Shown: in pieces, positions 1-12,334 of the stretch | Layout of the letters: every line of letters begins with the position of its first letter | Position numbering within the stretch: position 1 is the first letter of the stretch | Source: Azolla caroliniana | Lineage: Eukaryota > Plantae > Polypodiophyta | Assembly: GCA_043228905.1 (NCBI GenBank) | Contig: JBHGNT010000003.1 | Coordinates: 496,001-560,000 of the forward strand | Reading direction: 5' to 3' | DNA length: 64,000 bases | Made by a program: the position numbers and the translations under genes | Notes under the pieces: generated by a model | Databases searched by the model: none | What the model saw: the letters and a program-made list of their open reading frames with translations, nothing else | What the model was told of the DNA's origin: nothing

Positions 1-178
1 ATGCGAGGGTTTGAAGTTACGAGGTGTAGAGCCTGATCACGACCATCTTGAATTCGGAGACCGGCTTGTGGCCAATGTTCTACGCATGTGGAAGTTCATG
101 ACTACACCAAATGGTGCTAACCGAATGGCCGATTGACCAATGTGCGTGAGAGAGTATACATATTCATTGTTGTTAAAA

Positions 179-1252
179 GGGAAAAGTACCAAGATACCCC
201 TGGAAGTTCATCTATTTACCAGAATACTCCTGGAAGTTCCAAATTTACCAAACTACCCCTATGTCCAAAAAAAATACACTTTATAAAGTAATTATACACT
301 CAAATCTACAAGCTCTATTTACCAGAATACCCTTCAAACACAAATTTCTTTACTTAAGCGATTCTTTGGGTCCTTTGTACCTAACAGTGTAGTCTTTCTT
401 TTCTTTCTTGTTCATTGGGTTGATCAATCGTCTTCATCATCAGGATATGGGGTTACCCTGTGCATTATTAGATATTTTGTTGAGTCGATAGATATATTTG
501 ATTTTGTGGATATTTTTGGAATTACACTTTTTGTAGACGGATCAAAATTAACATGTAATTATTACATTTCGATAATTAAATTTGGTTTGCAAGTATTTTT
601 TTAATTGCGGAGATTTAGTTGTGATTGCATTTTACTAACAAAATTTAGTGTAAAATCATGAAATTTGGTTTAAGATGGCATTTTAATAGCAATGTGTTAT
701 GTGAGATTTTGTTTAAAATGACATTTTGGTAACAAAGTTATTCGTGAGATTTGGTTCAACATTTTGGCGGCAAATTGTTTGTGAATCCACAAATTCATGG
801 AATTTGGCTTCAAAATGGCATCTCAATGGTAAAATTTGGTGTGCGATCAAATGTTTTGGTTTTAAGATCAAGTTTTGGTCACTGCAATCACAAAATTTGG
901 TTTTATGGGATTAAGCCAGTATAACTTGGTGTAAATTAATAGAATTGGATTTTAAGGTGACCTTTCAATTGAAATTTTTGATATATAATATAATTTTGAT
1001 AATTTAGTTTGATTTATGATGTATTTTGAAAAATAAAAGTGGTATAAATTGGTCAAAATAGGTATATAGTGGCATTATGGTAAATAAGTTTAGTTTTAAG
1101 GGTACTCTGGTAAATAAGGCTTGTAGATTTCAGTGTATAATTACGTTATAAAGTGTATTGTTTTGGACATAGGGGTAGTTTGGTAAATTTGGAAAATCCA
1201 GGGGCATTCTGATAAATAGACGAACTTCCAGGGGTATCCTGGAACTTTTCCC
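179..1252. mobile_element. Non-autonomous Mutator-like (MULE) element / MITE
   Basis: Imperfect terminal inverted repeats of ~155 bp (GGGAAAAGTACCAAGATACCCCTGGAAGTTC... at 179, ...GAACTTCCAGGGGTATCCTGGAACTTTTCCC ending 1252). Perfect 9-bp TSD TTGTTAAAA at 170-178 and 1253-1261. AT-rich non-coding interior. Confidence 0.92.
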
Positions 1253-1452
1253 TTGTTAAAAATAAGCCATTGGAATTCTCTTGAATCACTATGTTATGTA
1301 TGAGTGCCAGTGGCCACCACCACACCATATCTCTCTTGCATGATCGAAATTCGAACACATAACATAACACACATAACACACACACACACACAGAGGAACA
1401 GGAACAGGAACAGGAACAGGAACAGGAACAGGGCAGCAGCAGAGCAGGATCA

Positions 1453-4400
1453 ATGGGCACGTCGCGACCTCTCTCTCTTTCTCACCCCATTCCATCGCCG
1501 TCTCTACTTCATCATCTTGCTCGTCCTTTGGCCTCCATGCCTTCTCCATCCATCTCTCTCAGATCCAATCCAAAGACAATAGCTAGATGTCGCTCACAGA
1601 TGAAATGTCGAGCTTCTGATTCTCAGTCGCAGCTTTCAGTGACAGAAGGTGACCCATCTTTTTTGTTTTTACATAGTTCGTTTCTGTTTTTGAAGAATCA
1701 TATGGGAAGGACATGGAGTCATTGGTAGTCGGTTCCTTCCTTGAGGTAGAGGAGTTTCTCGATTGATTCAAGGTAGTTCAGGTAGTTAATGAATAAAAAA
1801 TAACAGTTTTTTTTTCTTCATTATTAAGTAGACAAAAGTTTTTGATGTCAAACTGTTAGTCAGTGAAGCGAAATATCTGTCAAGTAGATCGATTTCTTTA
1901 ATTTCAAACTGTTAGTTAGTTAAGCGTAAGAACTTCTTCTTTTTTATAGCTAGGTCAAAAGATAACTAATGCTGTATGTCAGAATCACTGTCCCAGAGTT
2001 TCTCTCCAAGGGTGTCGAGATCCCTAGACTCTGTAAAGGTCTTTGATTTGGAGGGAAATTGTATACCTGTGGCTGATTTATGGAAGGACCGCAGAGTTGT
2101 GATAGGATTTACTCGCCATTTCGGGTAACAAAAAGAAAAGACGCAATTTATTTTTTGAAAAAATAGTTTTGCTTGTTTACATGAGTTTCCTATTGGAAAC
2201 AATTGAGTTTCTTCGAATTTGCAGATGTGTTCTTTGTATGAAGCGGGCCAATTTGCTCGCTTCTCGCAAGGTAGACACACTATTTCTGGCATATTTGATA
2301 CTGCATATACATGTAGTGTATGAATATGTGTATACATATGTAGAGAGAGTGAGAGAGAATTCAGTAATATTGCGTTAATCTTGTTTTTTTGGACCTTATA
2401 GGATGAGATTAATGAAGCTAACGCGTCCTTGATTGTAATAGGCCCTGGAAATGTGGAACAGGTAATGGAGTGTTAGATCTATCATTGATTCTGAAATTCT
2501 AGTTTAAAGTTATGATCATCTTTTATATCAGACAAAACACATGCTGCTTTTATTGATTGCATTTAGGATGAAGAGTAGCCCTAGGTATCGGTGTATCATG
2601 GCCGGAGCTATGGCTTGGGAGGTTTATCTCATTTTGACACCACAATTTATGTGTTACTTGTTATGTGACATAGCTCAGGAACATAGTCAGGATTGGTGTT
2701 GAGTGTTCAGGTGTGAAAATACACATTTTCATGTGTGGAAGATTGATCATTTCTGCGGGGAATGCACATGGACTACCATTATATGTTCATGTTGGTGGAT
2801 AGATCAGAGGAAGAGCTAGGCAATGCACAGACATCTGAATTTGCCATGATTTTGCCTGTGTAATGAATTATTTGTTTTCTGTTTGGCAGGCACGAGAGTT
2901 TGCCAAGAATATGAAATTTCCAGGAGGTAAATTCCTTGTATTGACAATTATTATTCTGAATCATTTTTTGATAGCATAAAATTTCAGAAGACGAATATGG
3001 GCAAACAGAGCTCAACAGATAGATTAAACTCGCCTGTCAATTACAGAGGTCTATGCAGATCCAAATTTTGCAACACATGTGGCTTTAGAGTTTGTTTCAG
3101 GCATGGGATCAACTATTTCTTTAACGGTATCTCTTCTTACCTATTAGTGTCAAAGATATCAGTATCAGTTGGTATTCTACTATCATGAAACCTCCCACTG
3201 CTAATACAGTAGGATTACTTAAAATGCATTTGTGTGCATTATGTTACTGTACGAATTATCTCATTTGTGTAGCAAAGTAAGCATCTCCTCTATGTACGTG
3301 GTTTGTTTACTTAGTGAATGCATTTTAATAGTATTATATCTACAGACAGGGCTGAGAATTATAGATGCCTATCGAGAAGGGTATCGACAAGATTGGAATC
3401 TGTCATTTGATAAGGACACGGTGTCACGAGGTGGATGGTAAGGCCCCTTTCCGCGGTGAAGTCTGAATCCAACTGATTGTTTTGTAGGAAATGTCATTCT
3501 AAACTTTCCAATGTAAACTAAAAGTTTCACTTTATACAAATGATAATTTCTACAAACTGATACGTCTTTACATGGAAGACATGTCTTTCAAGTATGTGCA
3601 TGTATTGTATCTTATAAAATGTTATGGTCTCTGTGGGTTAAAATGTTTTGTATAAGAAACGTGTGGCAAAATTTTGCGACTCTCAATTATGCATATATAT
3701 GGCATTGTGTGAGGATTGCATCTGGATAAGAGAGAGAGAGAGAGAGAGAGAGAGATTAATGTCTTCTAAGACCAGAACTGGCCCATGAGACAAATGATAT
3801 GATAACCGGATGTGTACCCAATCATTGGAAAAAAAGTGGCTTAAAGGCCCAATAATGGGATTTAAAGGGGAAAGAGAACATAAATAAAAGAGTTATATCG
3901 TGGTACAAAAGTGTGATGGGGTGTAGTATGTTCTATAAAGGAATGGCTGTGTTGAGACTAGTTTCATTTCCATCCAAGAATCTCGGAGAGGAGCAAGGGG
4001 TTGAAGGGTTTCAATGTGGGTGTGGTATCCCGACCCTAGCTTCTAAGCGGGCAACTCATGTTCCCTTATCTTCTTAATGTCTACTACACAAGGAGTGACT
4101 TTGAAGAGAGAGAGAGATGTTTTATAGATCGCATCTGAATCCGAGAGAGATAGAAAGAGAGAATAGATGTTTTATCGTCCATGAGGAGACCAGTTTTGAT
4201 CTATGGGACCAAATCAACACATCATCTTGTATGTGACTCCTTCCGAAGAAGGGGGCTTACTACTCTACATTACACGCATGTGCTCAAGCTTCTTGGTGGA
4301 CATTTGAGTTAGACATCAACATTATCATGCCATACCACACATGCATACCTTGCATATCTTCATATTTGGGTGATGATGCCATGATGATATCCCTACATCT

Positions 4401-5869
4401 AACTTGTCTCATTGCATTTGAAGAAATGTTAAGGCTCTCTGAGAGCCAAGGCTTATGGGGGTAGTGGGATGCAATTGGATTTTTACCTTGTATTGGGCCC
4501 TACATTGGGGGTTAATATTTGCAATGTAATATTCCAATTTTTGCATTTTAGCATATTGCCCTTCATCCTTATCGCCTCTAATAATCTATCCTCGATGATC
4601 ACATACTTCATAGCATCACCTGGGATTTCCAATAAATCTTTTACTCCCCATCTCTCAAACCATTTCGCACATTGCATCCTATGTTCCAGGCTTGTTTTGA
4701 CAATCTATGTTAGGCACATTCTTGACTTTTGTGATATACTTGTCTTTGCATGGATAGTAGGTCTATGGGCCAAGGACTTTGGTTCTATGAACATGCCATG
4801 ATAGTTGTTGAGGATTTTACCCCCAATTGTCTTGTGTAAGAACCATTTTTGGATCTTCTCTATTTCATTGTATGCACCAAGTAAGACAGTCCCATGCCAC
4901 ACTTCCAATCCATAAAGGGAGATAGCATTGAAAAGCATTAATCTTACTTCCCATCGTTAACTATTGGTTGGTTGCATTGATTCTCAAACATATAGTAACT
5001 ATTCTAACGTGCTTGAAGTCTAGATTCGTAGCATACATTCCACCTATTTGTGGATGGAACTTTAAATGTATCTGAGAATAAAACATCATCGGCATATAGG
5101 AGTATAAAATTGAGCTTATGCATGAGTTTTGGCTCATCCAATTCTTCTTCTTTTGCAGTCTTGTTTAATATTTCTTCAAATTTATTGATACATAAATCAA
5201 AGAGTGTGGGAAACAATGGACCCCCTTGCTTGACCTCTATGTTGCTCAAAAAGTACTTCCGAGAAACCACTATCCATTTTTTATTGGGATCTAGCATACT
5301 CATACTATCATGCTAGTGCTGCTCTATACGCTAATGGCATTCCAATCTCTATCATTCTTTCCCAAAGCTTACTCTTTGGTACACACACACACACAGCTGT
5401 CACATCACCCATGAAGTATTCTTGTAGTAGTAAAATGCTAGACTACTGCCATGTGGTAGTATTTTTTGTACTACACAGTGATATTGTGGTTAACTTCAAA
5501 ATGTAGGGGTATTCAAGTTGTTACTCATTAAGTTGGGGGGTATTTTGGTGTTCTGGCTGTGATATTAAGTCATAGGCTTCAAGTGAAGTGACAAAACTAT
5601 TTCTGCTTTTCTGATATAGGCAACAGGGAGGTGTACTTATTGCTGGTCCAGGCAAAGAAAATATTATTTATCTCTTCAAGGTAATACATTTATGTATAGG
5701 TAGATAAAATATTTGAACTAAATCATTCAATTTTCATCTCAATTCGAAGTTCTTAAATGAGGAGATTCTTTCTGGTCCTTCTTCAATAACCAACGGAATG
5801 TGATTTAAGGACATACAAGCTGGGGATGAACCTGACATGGATGAGTTAGTGGCAGCTTGCCGGAAATAG
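1453..5869 (+). CDS. AAED1: Thioredoxin-like AAED1 / peroxiredoxin-like 2 (AhpC/TSA family), predicted chloroplastic
   Basis: GT-AG exons in consistent phase: 1453-1648, 1983-2124, 2225-2270, 2402-2461, 2890-2926, 3047-3126, 3346-3437, 5620-5680, 5810-5869. Translation gives a Ser/Pro/Arg-rich transit peptide, then VFDLEG...DLWKDRRVVIGFTRHFGCVLC (CxxC), IGPG, EVYADP, GYRQDW, RGGWQQGG, AGDEPD...ACRK*. Confidence 0.93.
4480..5330 (-). mobile_element. Degenerate non-LTR retrotransposon (LINE) RT fragment in AAED1 intron 7
   Basis: ORF 5004-5303(-) has VKQGGPLFPTLF and LLYADD RT motifs. ORF 4705-4938(-) has LYGLEVW, typical of the region after LINE RT. Frameshifted; boundaries approximate. Confidence 0.75.
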
Positions 5870-7771
5870 AAGGATATATCTGCATAGATTTATAATCAAT
5901 CTTAAAATTTGCCCCATATAAAATTTTCATTGTCTGCCATGAGGAGAATATATGGGATGTTTATAACCTCAGCAAGATATCAATCATCCAAGTAACTTTT
6001 TCATGAACTTTGTTTTCATGTTTTCTCTTGTTCCTGTTAGTATTTGTCCCACATATTTGTCCCATATTGGTGAGGTGGCTGCTCGGTGAGGATGCAGGGT
6101 TTTAACTTCTCTTGGTATTAGAAGTTTTGCTTTCACATAAGGGAATCTGCATGGCAAGGTCAGCCATGTAGATTTTATATGATTTACCATGGGTTATTCT
6201 GTTCAGCTATCACTTCCAATGTGGGCCAAGGGGTACATCATTGAGTCTAGCATGATATCATTGACCGGATAGATAGAAAATGCGAAATGTGGTGAGGAGC
6301 TTTTGCTTGAACCTTGATTTGATTTAAGGAATCCTTTCTAGTGACTTTGGGCGCAATAGATTAGCAGTACATGTGAAGAGTTCCTTTGCATGGTCATGAG
6401 GCTTTTTGGGCTAGGAAAGGTGATGTTATGTGTAGCTAGTTCTTTTGGATGAGCAAATAGAATAGGGATGGTTGGCATCTTCCAGACATGTGTCAAGTGT
6501 TGACTACAAACAACAAAAGCAAGTGCACACATTTAAGTTAAGATGTTTATTTCTATTCCAAATAAAGCTTAGTTTTATGATGGGAGCTATAGCTTTACGT
6601 GGGGTTGACCATCTCTCGTACAAATTACATAAACAAAGTGTCTCCACTACAATGGGGGTGAGGTAATCTCAACTAGGATGATAATTAATGGGTACGAGGA
6701 TTCAATGCAGATCATGTTGTATAGTGTCAAGATGGATAAATTGGGGAGACCTATATGTCAAATAACTAGCCCTTTAGTGTGGGGCGATTGGAATCGAGAA
6801 ACTCAATCATAATAGATGTTGTGAGTTACTTGATACAAAATACATGTAACTTTGTTAGCGGAATCAATTTGATTGACTAGATGTCAATCGGACACATCAA
6901 TCCTCAAGGTAACCAAACACAATGTGCAACATAAATTGCATGGATTAAATTATCAGTATGGGTAATATGGATGCCATAATTGAACCTATTTTTATAGAAA
7001 ATACCTTGAAGAGGGCTAGAGGGCTTGTGAAATATGAATAATATATGGAATTGCAAATTTAGAAATGTGAGGAGAAAAAGTAGTTAATTTTATGGGACAT
7101 TCAAAATGTGCAAGCAATGCAAATATGTATAAATCTAAAAGTGGTTAGTACAACTGTGACAACAAAAATTAGCTCATTTATGGGACAGTAAAAAAGTATG
7201 AGAAATATTCATTTATGTGTATGTAATGAACAATCCTTACTCAAATAATCCTTACATTAAAAAATTAATGTTGATAGTAATTAGAGATGGACAACTTCTT
7301 TGAAAGAGATCAATTTAAAAGTTTAGAACAAAAGAAGAAAATAGCAATTTTGTTGAGCTCTTTATGTCATGAACGAGGCAATACACTTCTATGAGTTTGG
7401 GCAAAAAGAGAACTACTACTTACCTAGTAGACTATAATTTATGAAAAAAGTATTTAGGTACAACATTCGTTTTGTTTCAAATTGGACATTGTCTTGAGGT
7501 TTATGATATAACCATCCGTCAACGAAAGAGAAGAGGTGGTGCATCATCGATGAATCTGATTATCCATTTGCACATAGAACAAAAATGCATCCAAAAACTC
7601 AATGTTGGTGTGATGTTGCATGAAAATAAGTTTGTTGAATTTGAAAGATAAAAGCATCAAGAAGAATGTGTTTGTGTAGAGAGTTGAAAAATATGTGGCC
7701 CACAATAATAAAGCAAATCTAAACTTTACCTTTGCGTTTTGGGTCATTAGAACTTGAAACTATAACACCTA

Positions 7772-7855
7772 TGTTTGACTAAAATATTGGCTTGACCATA
7801 AAATCAAAGGGAGACCAAGAAAAATCTTGGTTCTCACTATTGGCTTGGTCAAACA
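7772..7855. promoter_or_regulatory. Cluster of three W-boxes in a small inverted-repeat segment upstream of the WRKY gene
   Basis: TTGACT 7775-7780, TTGACC 7792-7797, GGTCAA 7847-7852. They lie 260-340 bp upstream of the WRKY ATG. Confidence 0.45.
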
Positions 7856-8114
7856 ATCAATGCTCCAAACAAACATTTTAGTATAGAATCACGCACGCAC
7901 ACACACACATATATATATGTATTCTAAACAAAAAAATTAGTATAGAATGACAGGCATGCATGTGTGGTTCTATACGCAGAGTATTCTAAAGTGAGAGGAT
8001 AACTTACTTAGCTACTTTATATCCTTGCACCTATTTGCGCATGGTGAAAAATAAGGCACTTACCAAGGCATCTTGATAATAATAATCATCTTGATAACAT
8101 TGTAATCACAAATA

Positions 8115-11100
8115 ATGCATTATGCATTGGTCGATCAAAAGACGAGGCAAGATTTGCTTCATGGATGCCGTTTGGCAGCCGAGCTCGAGGCACGGCTTTG
8201 GTCGATTCATCCGGGTGGACAAATGACATGTGACAACAACTTGACCGGACAAACCAAGTATGAAAGCGATTCGACGGAACAACCTGAGTACAGCCATCTA
8301 CTCCGGTGCAGCCTGGCTCTCGCATCCACAGACATTATCTCTGCGTTCAATGAAGCCATCAAATCACTACTACAGCCATCACACTCGGTAACAAGCATGA
8401 CCGAGGAAATGGCAAACAAGACAAATAAGCCGGCCATATCACAACTAGTCCATGTGCAAAAGGTAACTAACCTGGATCAATTGAATGTTCACAAGATGAT
8501 CAATGATGATGATGATATATTACCCGGAGTGGTTATGAACAAGCAATTGGGCACACCGCCCATCTCCCCCACTAGTGAGTCAAATTACATGTCGGATGGA
8601 TCACCGGTTATGTACGAAACCACCACGGAAATGTCCGGTCAATTACCAGGCAGTGGTAGCACGACACCCCGACCATCTGCAGCCATGGCAGTGGCTGCCG
8701 CCACCAGGAAAAGGTACAATGTTCTTTCACTTAAGTTTGTTCTACAACTAAATAAATGCTGAAAATCTATGAATGTGTGGGTGTAGTTCAAATCATATTG
8801 GAATGATGACTTAAGTGTGAACCCTCTTATGTACAATGATGTTAGGAAGTTAGTGCCCAAGGTAACTTTGACAATGGTGGGAGGGAGCTTGGGCAATACG
8901 AATGAAGTGGCGGAGCCAAACGATGGGTACTCGTGGCGGAAATACGGGCAGAAGGCCATTCTGGGAGCTCGTTTCCACCGGTAATTTTTACGTGTACCCA
9001 GAATTTAACATGTAATAATACCTCCCCCCATGAACTTCTCAAAAAATTCCCCCAACTGAAATATTGTCAAGATTAACACAGGCTTGCGTTATTATTTCCA
9101 CAAAAATCCTCGGGGTCTAATGTTGGAAATTTCTTTCGATATTATTGGCTACATCCTAATGGTAACTCGAGTTTTAATTAAGCTAAACGTCAGGCTCCAA
9201 ATCACTATATGCACTACAATACAAAGGGTGTCACTATGGTGGAATGTAGCTAGGCTTGGACCCATGACCTTCTAGCCTCAATTGGATAGCCTTTGACTAA
9301 TAGCGTACCTAGGAATTTGATGGCAAATGATAAACAATGATTTTGGTCATTGTTATTACACAACTCAATCCTTGATGATTCAAGATATTTATATATCTAA
9401 AGTTTAAACATAGGATGTTCATTTAAATTTTAATGGGAATTTTTAAACTAATAAAATACTTGTACTCTTCGTTGGACCAGGAGTTATTACAGGTGTGCAC
9501 ATAAGACAACCATGGGGTGTGTGGCCACTAAACATGTTCAACGATGTGATGATAACCCCTCCTTTTTCGAGGTCACCTATAAGTGTTACCATTCTTGTCG
9601 TTCCATGCATGGTGATTGGCCACTTGCTTTCCATAACTCCTCCATTGTTGTGGACACCCCAACTTCCAACTCTCAAACTTCGGAGTATTTTCACCCGTCC
9701 TCCATTATTTCATATCTCAATAATAATCGTGATGTTTATGCTAGTCGAGATGCGACCCAACAATCACAAGCTTCTTTTTTCAAGTTGCAAGATCTCACCG
9801 CTCCAAAAGTCATCGGTACACTCTTTTTGTTTGTCTCTATCTACTACAATGATTTTTAGTCAAGCTTTAACTTTTAGTAGTTGCTCCTTTGAGATCTTGA
9901 ATGTGCCCTAATGGCCAAAGCGGCATTATCAAGTAGTGATATAGTTGTCAAGTTAAATTCACACCAAGGGGCCAAGTAAAGAAAACACGGTTTCATCGAG
10001 ATGATAAACTTTGCCACCATACCCTTCACATTAGGAAACAAAAGTGTAATTTTGTTGTAAATGTTAAACATTTTGCATGTTAGCATAGAACTAATCTTGT
10101 TGGCACTAGCATGTAATGGTAAGTTCAATCACATAATCATTCATAAGAGGTTTCCTTCAAAACTTTGGCGTGTAAGGGCCCGTTGAAATGTCTGTGCTTG
10201 AACTCCTTAGTTAATCTACTATGATGTAAAATACATTAGGATATAGAAGAGGAAAATTGAGATTGAAATACATTGCTTCATTTTTTCATTATAAAAAGAG
10301 AGTTTTTGTTTGCATACTTACTCATGAAAATCGGAATGCTTGGATTTTATGTAGCTTTAGATCAATTAAATTAATAAAAAATGTTAATCTAACCAAAGTT
10401 TTGACTTACTGAGCTATTGGATGGAGAGATGATTTATGATGTAGCCTTTGTATGAATTCTTTCTAGAAAATCAAGGTATTTTTTGGCAACTCTTAGTTGG
10501 CCAAAGTTCACATGAGACACTAACTACGAGACAATGTCTATAAACATTATAGGGCCATCCATTCACCATTTTAATTCATTGCCCATTGGGATTTGTTGTA
10601 GGGGAACACATTATTAGATAAGCATGCATATATTCCAAGCAAATATTGGGATATCATTCCCTTATTCTCATCTACCATTATCGAGACATGAAGTGAAAAT
10701 GTGATTGCCTTTCAAAACTCCTTAAACATTAGTTTGGAGAATATAGCGCCAATGAAATTGTGAAATCAAATACTCATGCTAAAAGGAATGAATATTAGAA
10801 TTTCATTCAACATAATGGTGTACTTTATGCTTTATTGATCTTTTTCTCTGTTTGTCTTTCTCACGAAAGCTTGTGTATACATTTGATGTAGGTGGAAACT
10901 TTGACCTTGATGCTCGTGCTACTAGACAAATAACTCCATTAAGTGCCAATCAAGAACTTTTACCGACTAATCTTGCAAATGATTCATCCAACGGCCACAC
11001 AAATTGTTTTATTTCCTCAAACGACCCCATAAATACTTCTATTGGCGAGCCTATAGCCAAACCCGAGCTGCCATCACTAATAAATTATTGTGAAACACCT

Positions 11101-11274
11101 ATAATCAATTTTGGATATCCTTCATCAAAATATCCTGGCATAGACAAAGAGCCCAACCACCCTCATCAAGAAGTAACACCAAGCTCATTCAATAACATAG
11201 ATCTCCTCAACTTTGAAGATCTCCTTGATTGTGATCCCATATGCGTACAAACCCAACGAGTTCATATGCATTAA
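8115..11274 (+). CDS. Group III WRKY transcription factor
   Basis: Exons 8115-8713, 8846-8980, 9481-9815 and probably 10892-11274 (phase-1 junction ATCG|gtacac...gtag|GTGGA). Domain DGYSWRKYGQK...R|SYYRC-X7-C-X23-HSC is a C2HC finger with the typical R-type intron. N-terminal helix (LLHGCRLAAELEARL) typical of group III. The last exon is less certain; without it the ORF stops at 9859. Confidence 0.88.
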
Positions 11275-12151
11275 TCGTGTATAACTGTGTACACATATAT
11301 TGAAATGGAAGCCCAGATCCATTTCAACAACGTTCTTTTGCCCTGAGCCACTAAACATGTTAAAATGCACCAAGGATGTTGTATTATGTGTGCACAATTA
11401 TATAACATCTCATGGGACAAGACTAATACAAGTAAAATTCTTGCAAAACTCCAATCACGCTGCCATTGCAGATTCCATGCCTCCCACCCAATCACTACCA
11501 ATCCAATTAGTTTTTCCAAGAAGGTACAAAATGTGCATGTTGGTGAACGGGAAGGCATGAACTAATTCCACCCACATATAGTAACACGTGTATAAGTGGT
11601 TGTGTACCTCAACAACTAATTAATAACAAGAAGCATTCACAACTCTAGTTCCCAAATTAGTAAATTCGTCAAATATTTTATTGACTTGCTCCCCACTAAT
11701 TGTAACAATTGATTGGTATCAACGATGACACAAACAATATAGACATAGCTTGCTTTTTGAGAGAAGCCAAGGCCTTTGAAAATTTCACTGATGATATGGT
11801 CCATCAATTTGCATTTACTTGTGTTTATATAAATAACTAAGATTAATGACACGAAGAAGAGAGGGAATTATGCCAAGTCAAGGTGAAAACTCACAAGATG
11901 AATGTCAATGCACAAAAACACGTTGCGGATGTTGTAAGCCTCGACTAATCATATGTAGACAATCTTAAGGCTGGATTCACCATATCTTGCAATGAAGGGG
12001 GGGCCACATGTCAACATACATAAGGGCACATAGATGCTCTTAGTGCAAAATGATATCGGAGGCTAGGAAACCAACGTAAGCCAATAAGCAAAGAGACATA
12101 ACGACTATAGGATGTTCAAACTTCGACATGGTATGGGAATCCACTTCCATA

Positions 12152-12334
12152 TGCAAACTCGCCCTTCTCCAATGCAATTATGGTTGGATGCGAGTTAAGC
12201 CCGTTCAAATGCTAGATTTGCAGACTCCCTCTTCTCCCACGTGTTTTATCATTGGATGTGAGTCTAGCCCGTTCAAATACTACATCTGCAAACTCCCTCC
12301 TCCCATGTGTTTATTGAATGGGTGTGAGTCCAGC
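12152..12334. repeat. Degenerate tandem repeat, ~3 copies of ~67 bp
   Basis: Recurring TGCA(A/G)ACTCCC...TTGGATG(C/T)GAGT...AGCCCGTTCAAAT blocks upstream of the prohibitin 5' region. Confidence 0.6.

Noticed and set aside
1146-1582. ORFs with CSCSCS, PVPVPV or RNRNRN runs
   Set aside because: They are translations of the (CAGGAA)n and (CA)n microsatellites in the AAED1 leader; no other coding evidence.
3756-4082. Possible small insertion or solo LTR bounded by direct repeat TTAATGTCT in AAED1 intron 7
   Set aside because: No TIRs, no poly-A tail and no TG...CA ends with a matching 5-bp TSD; cannot be supported.
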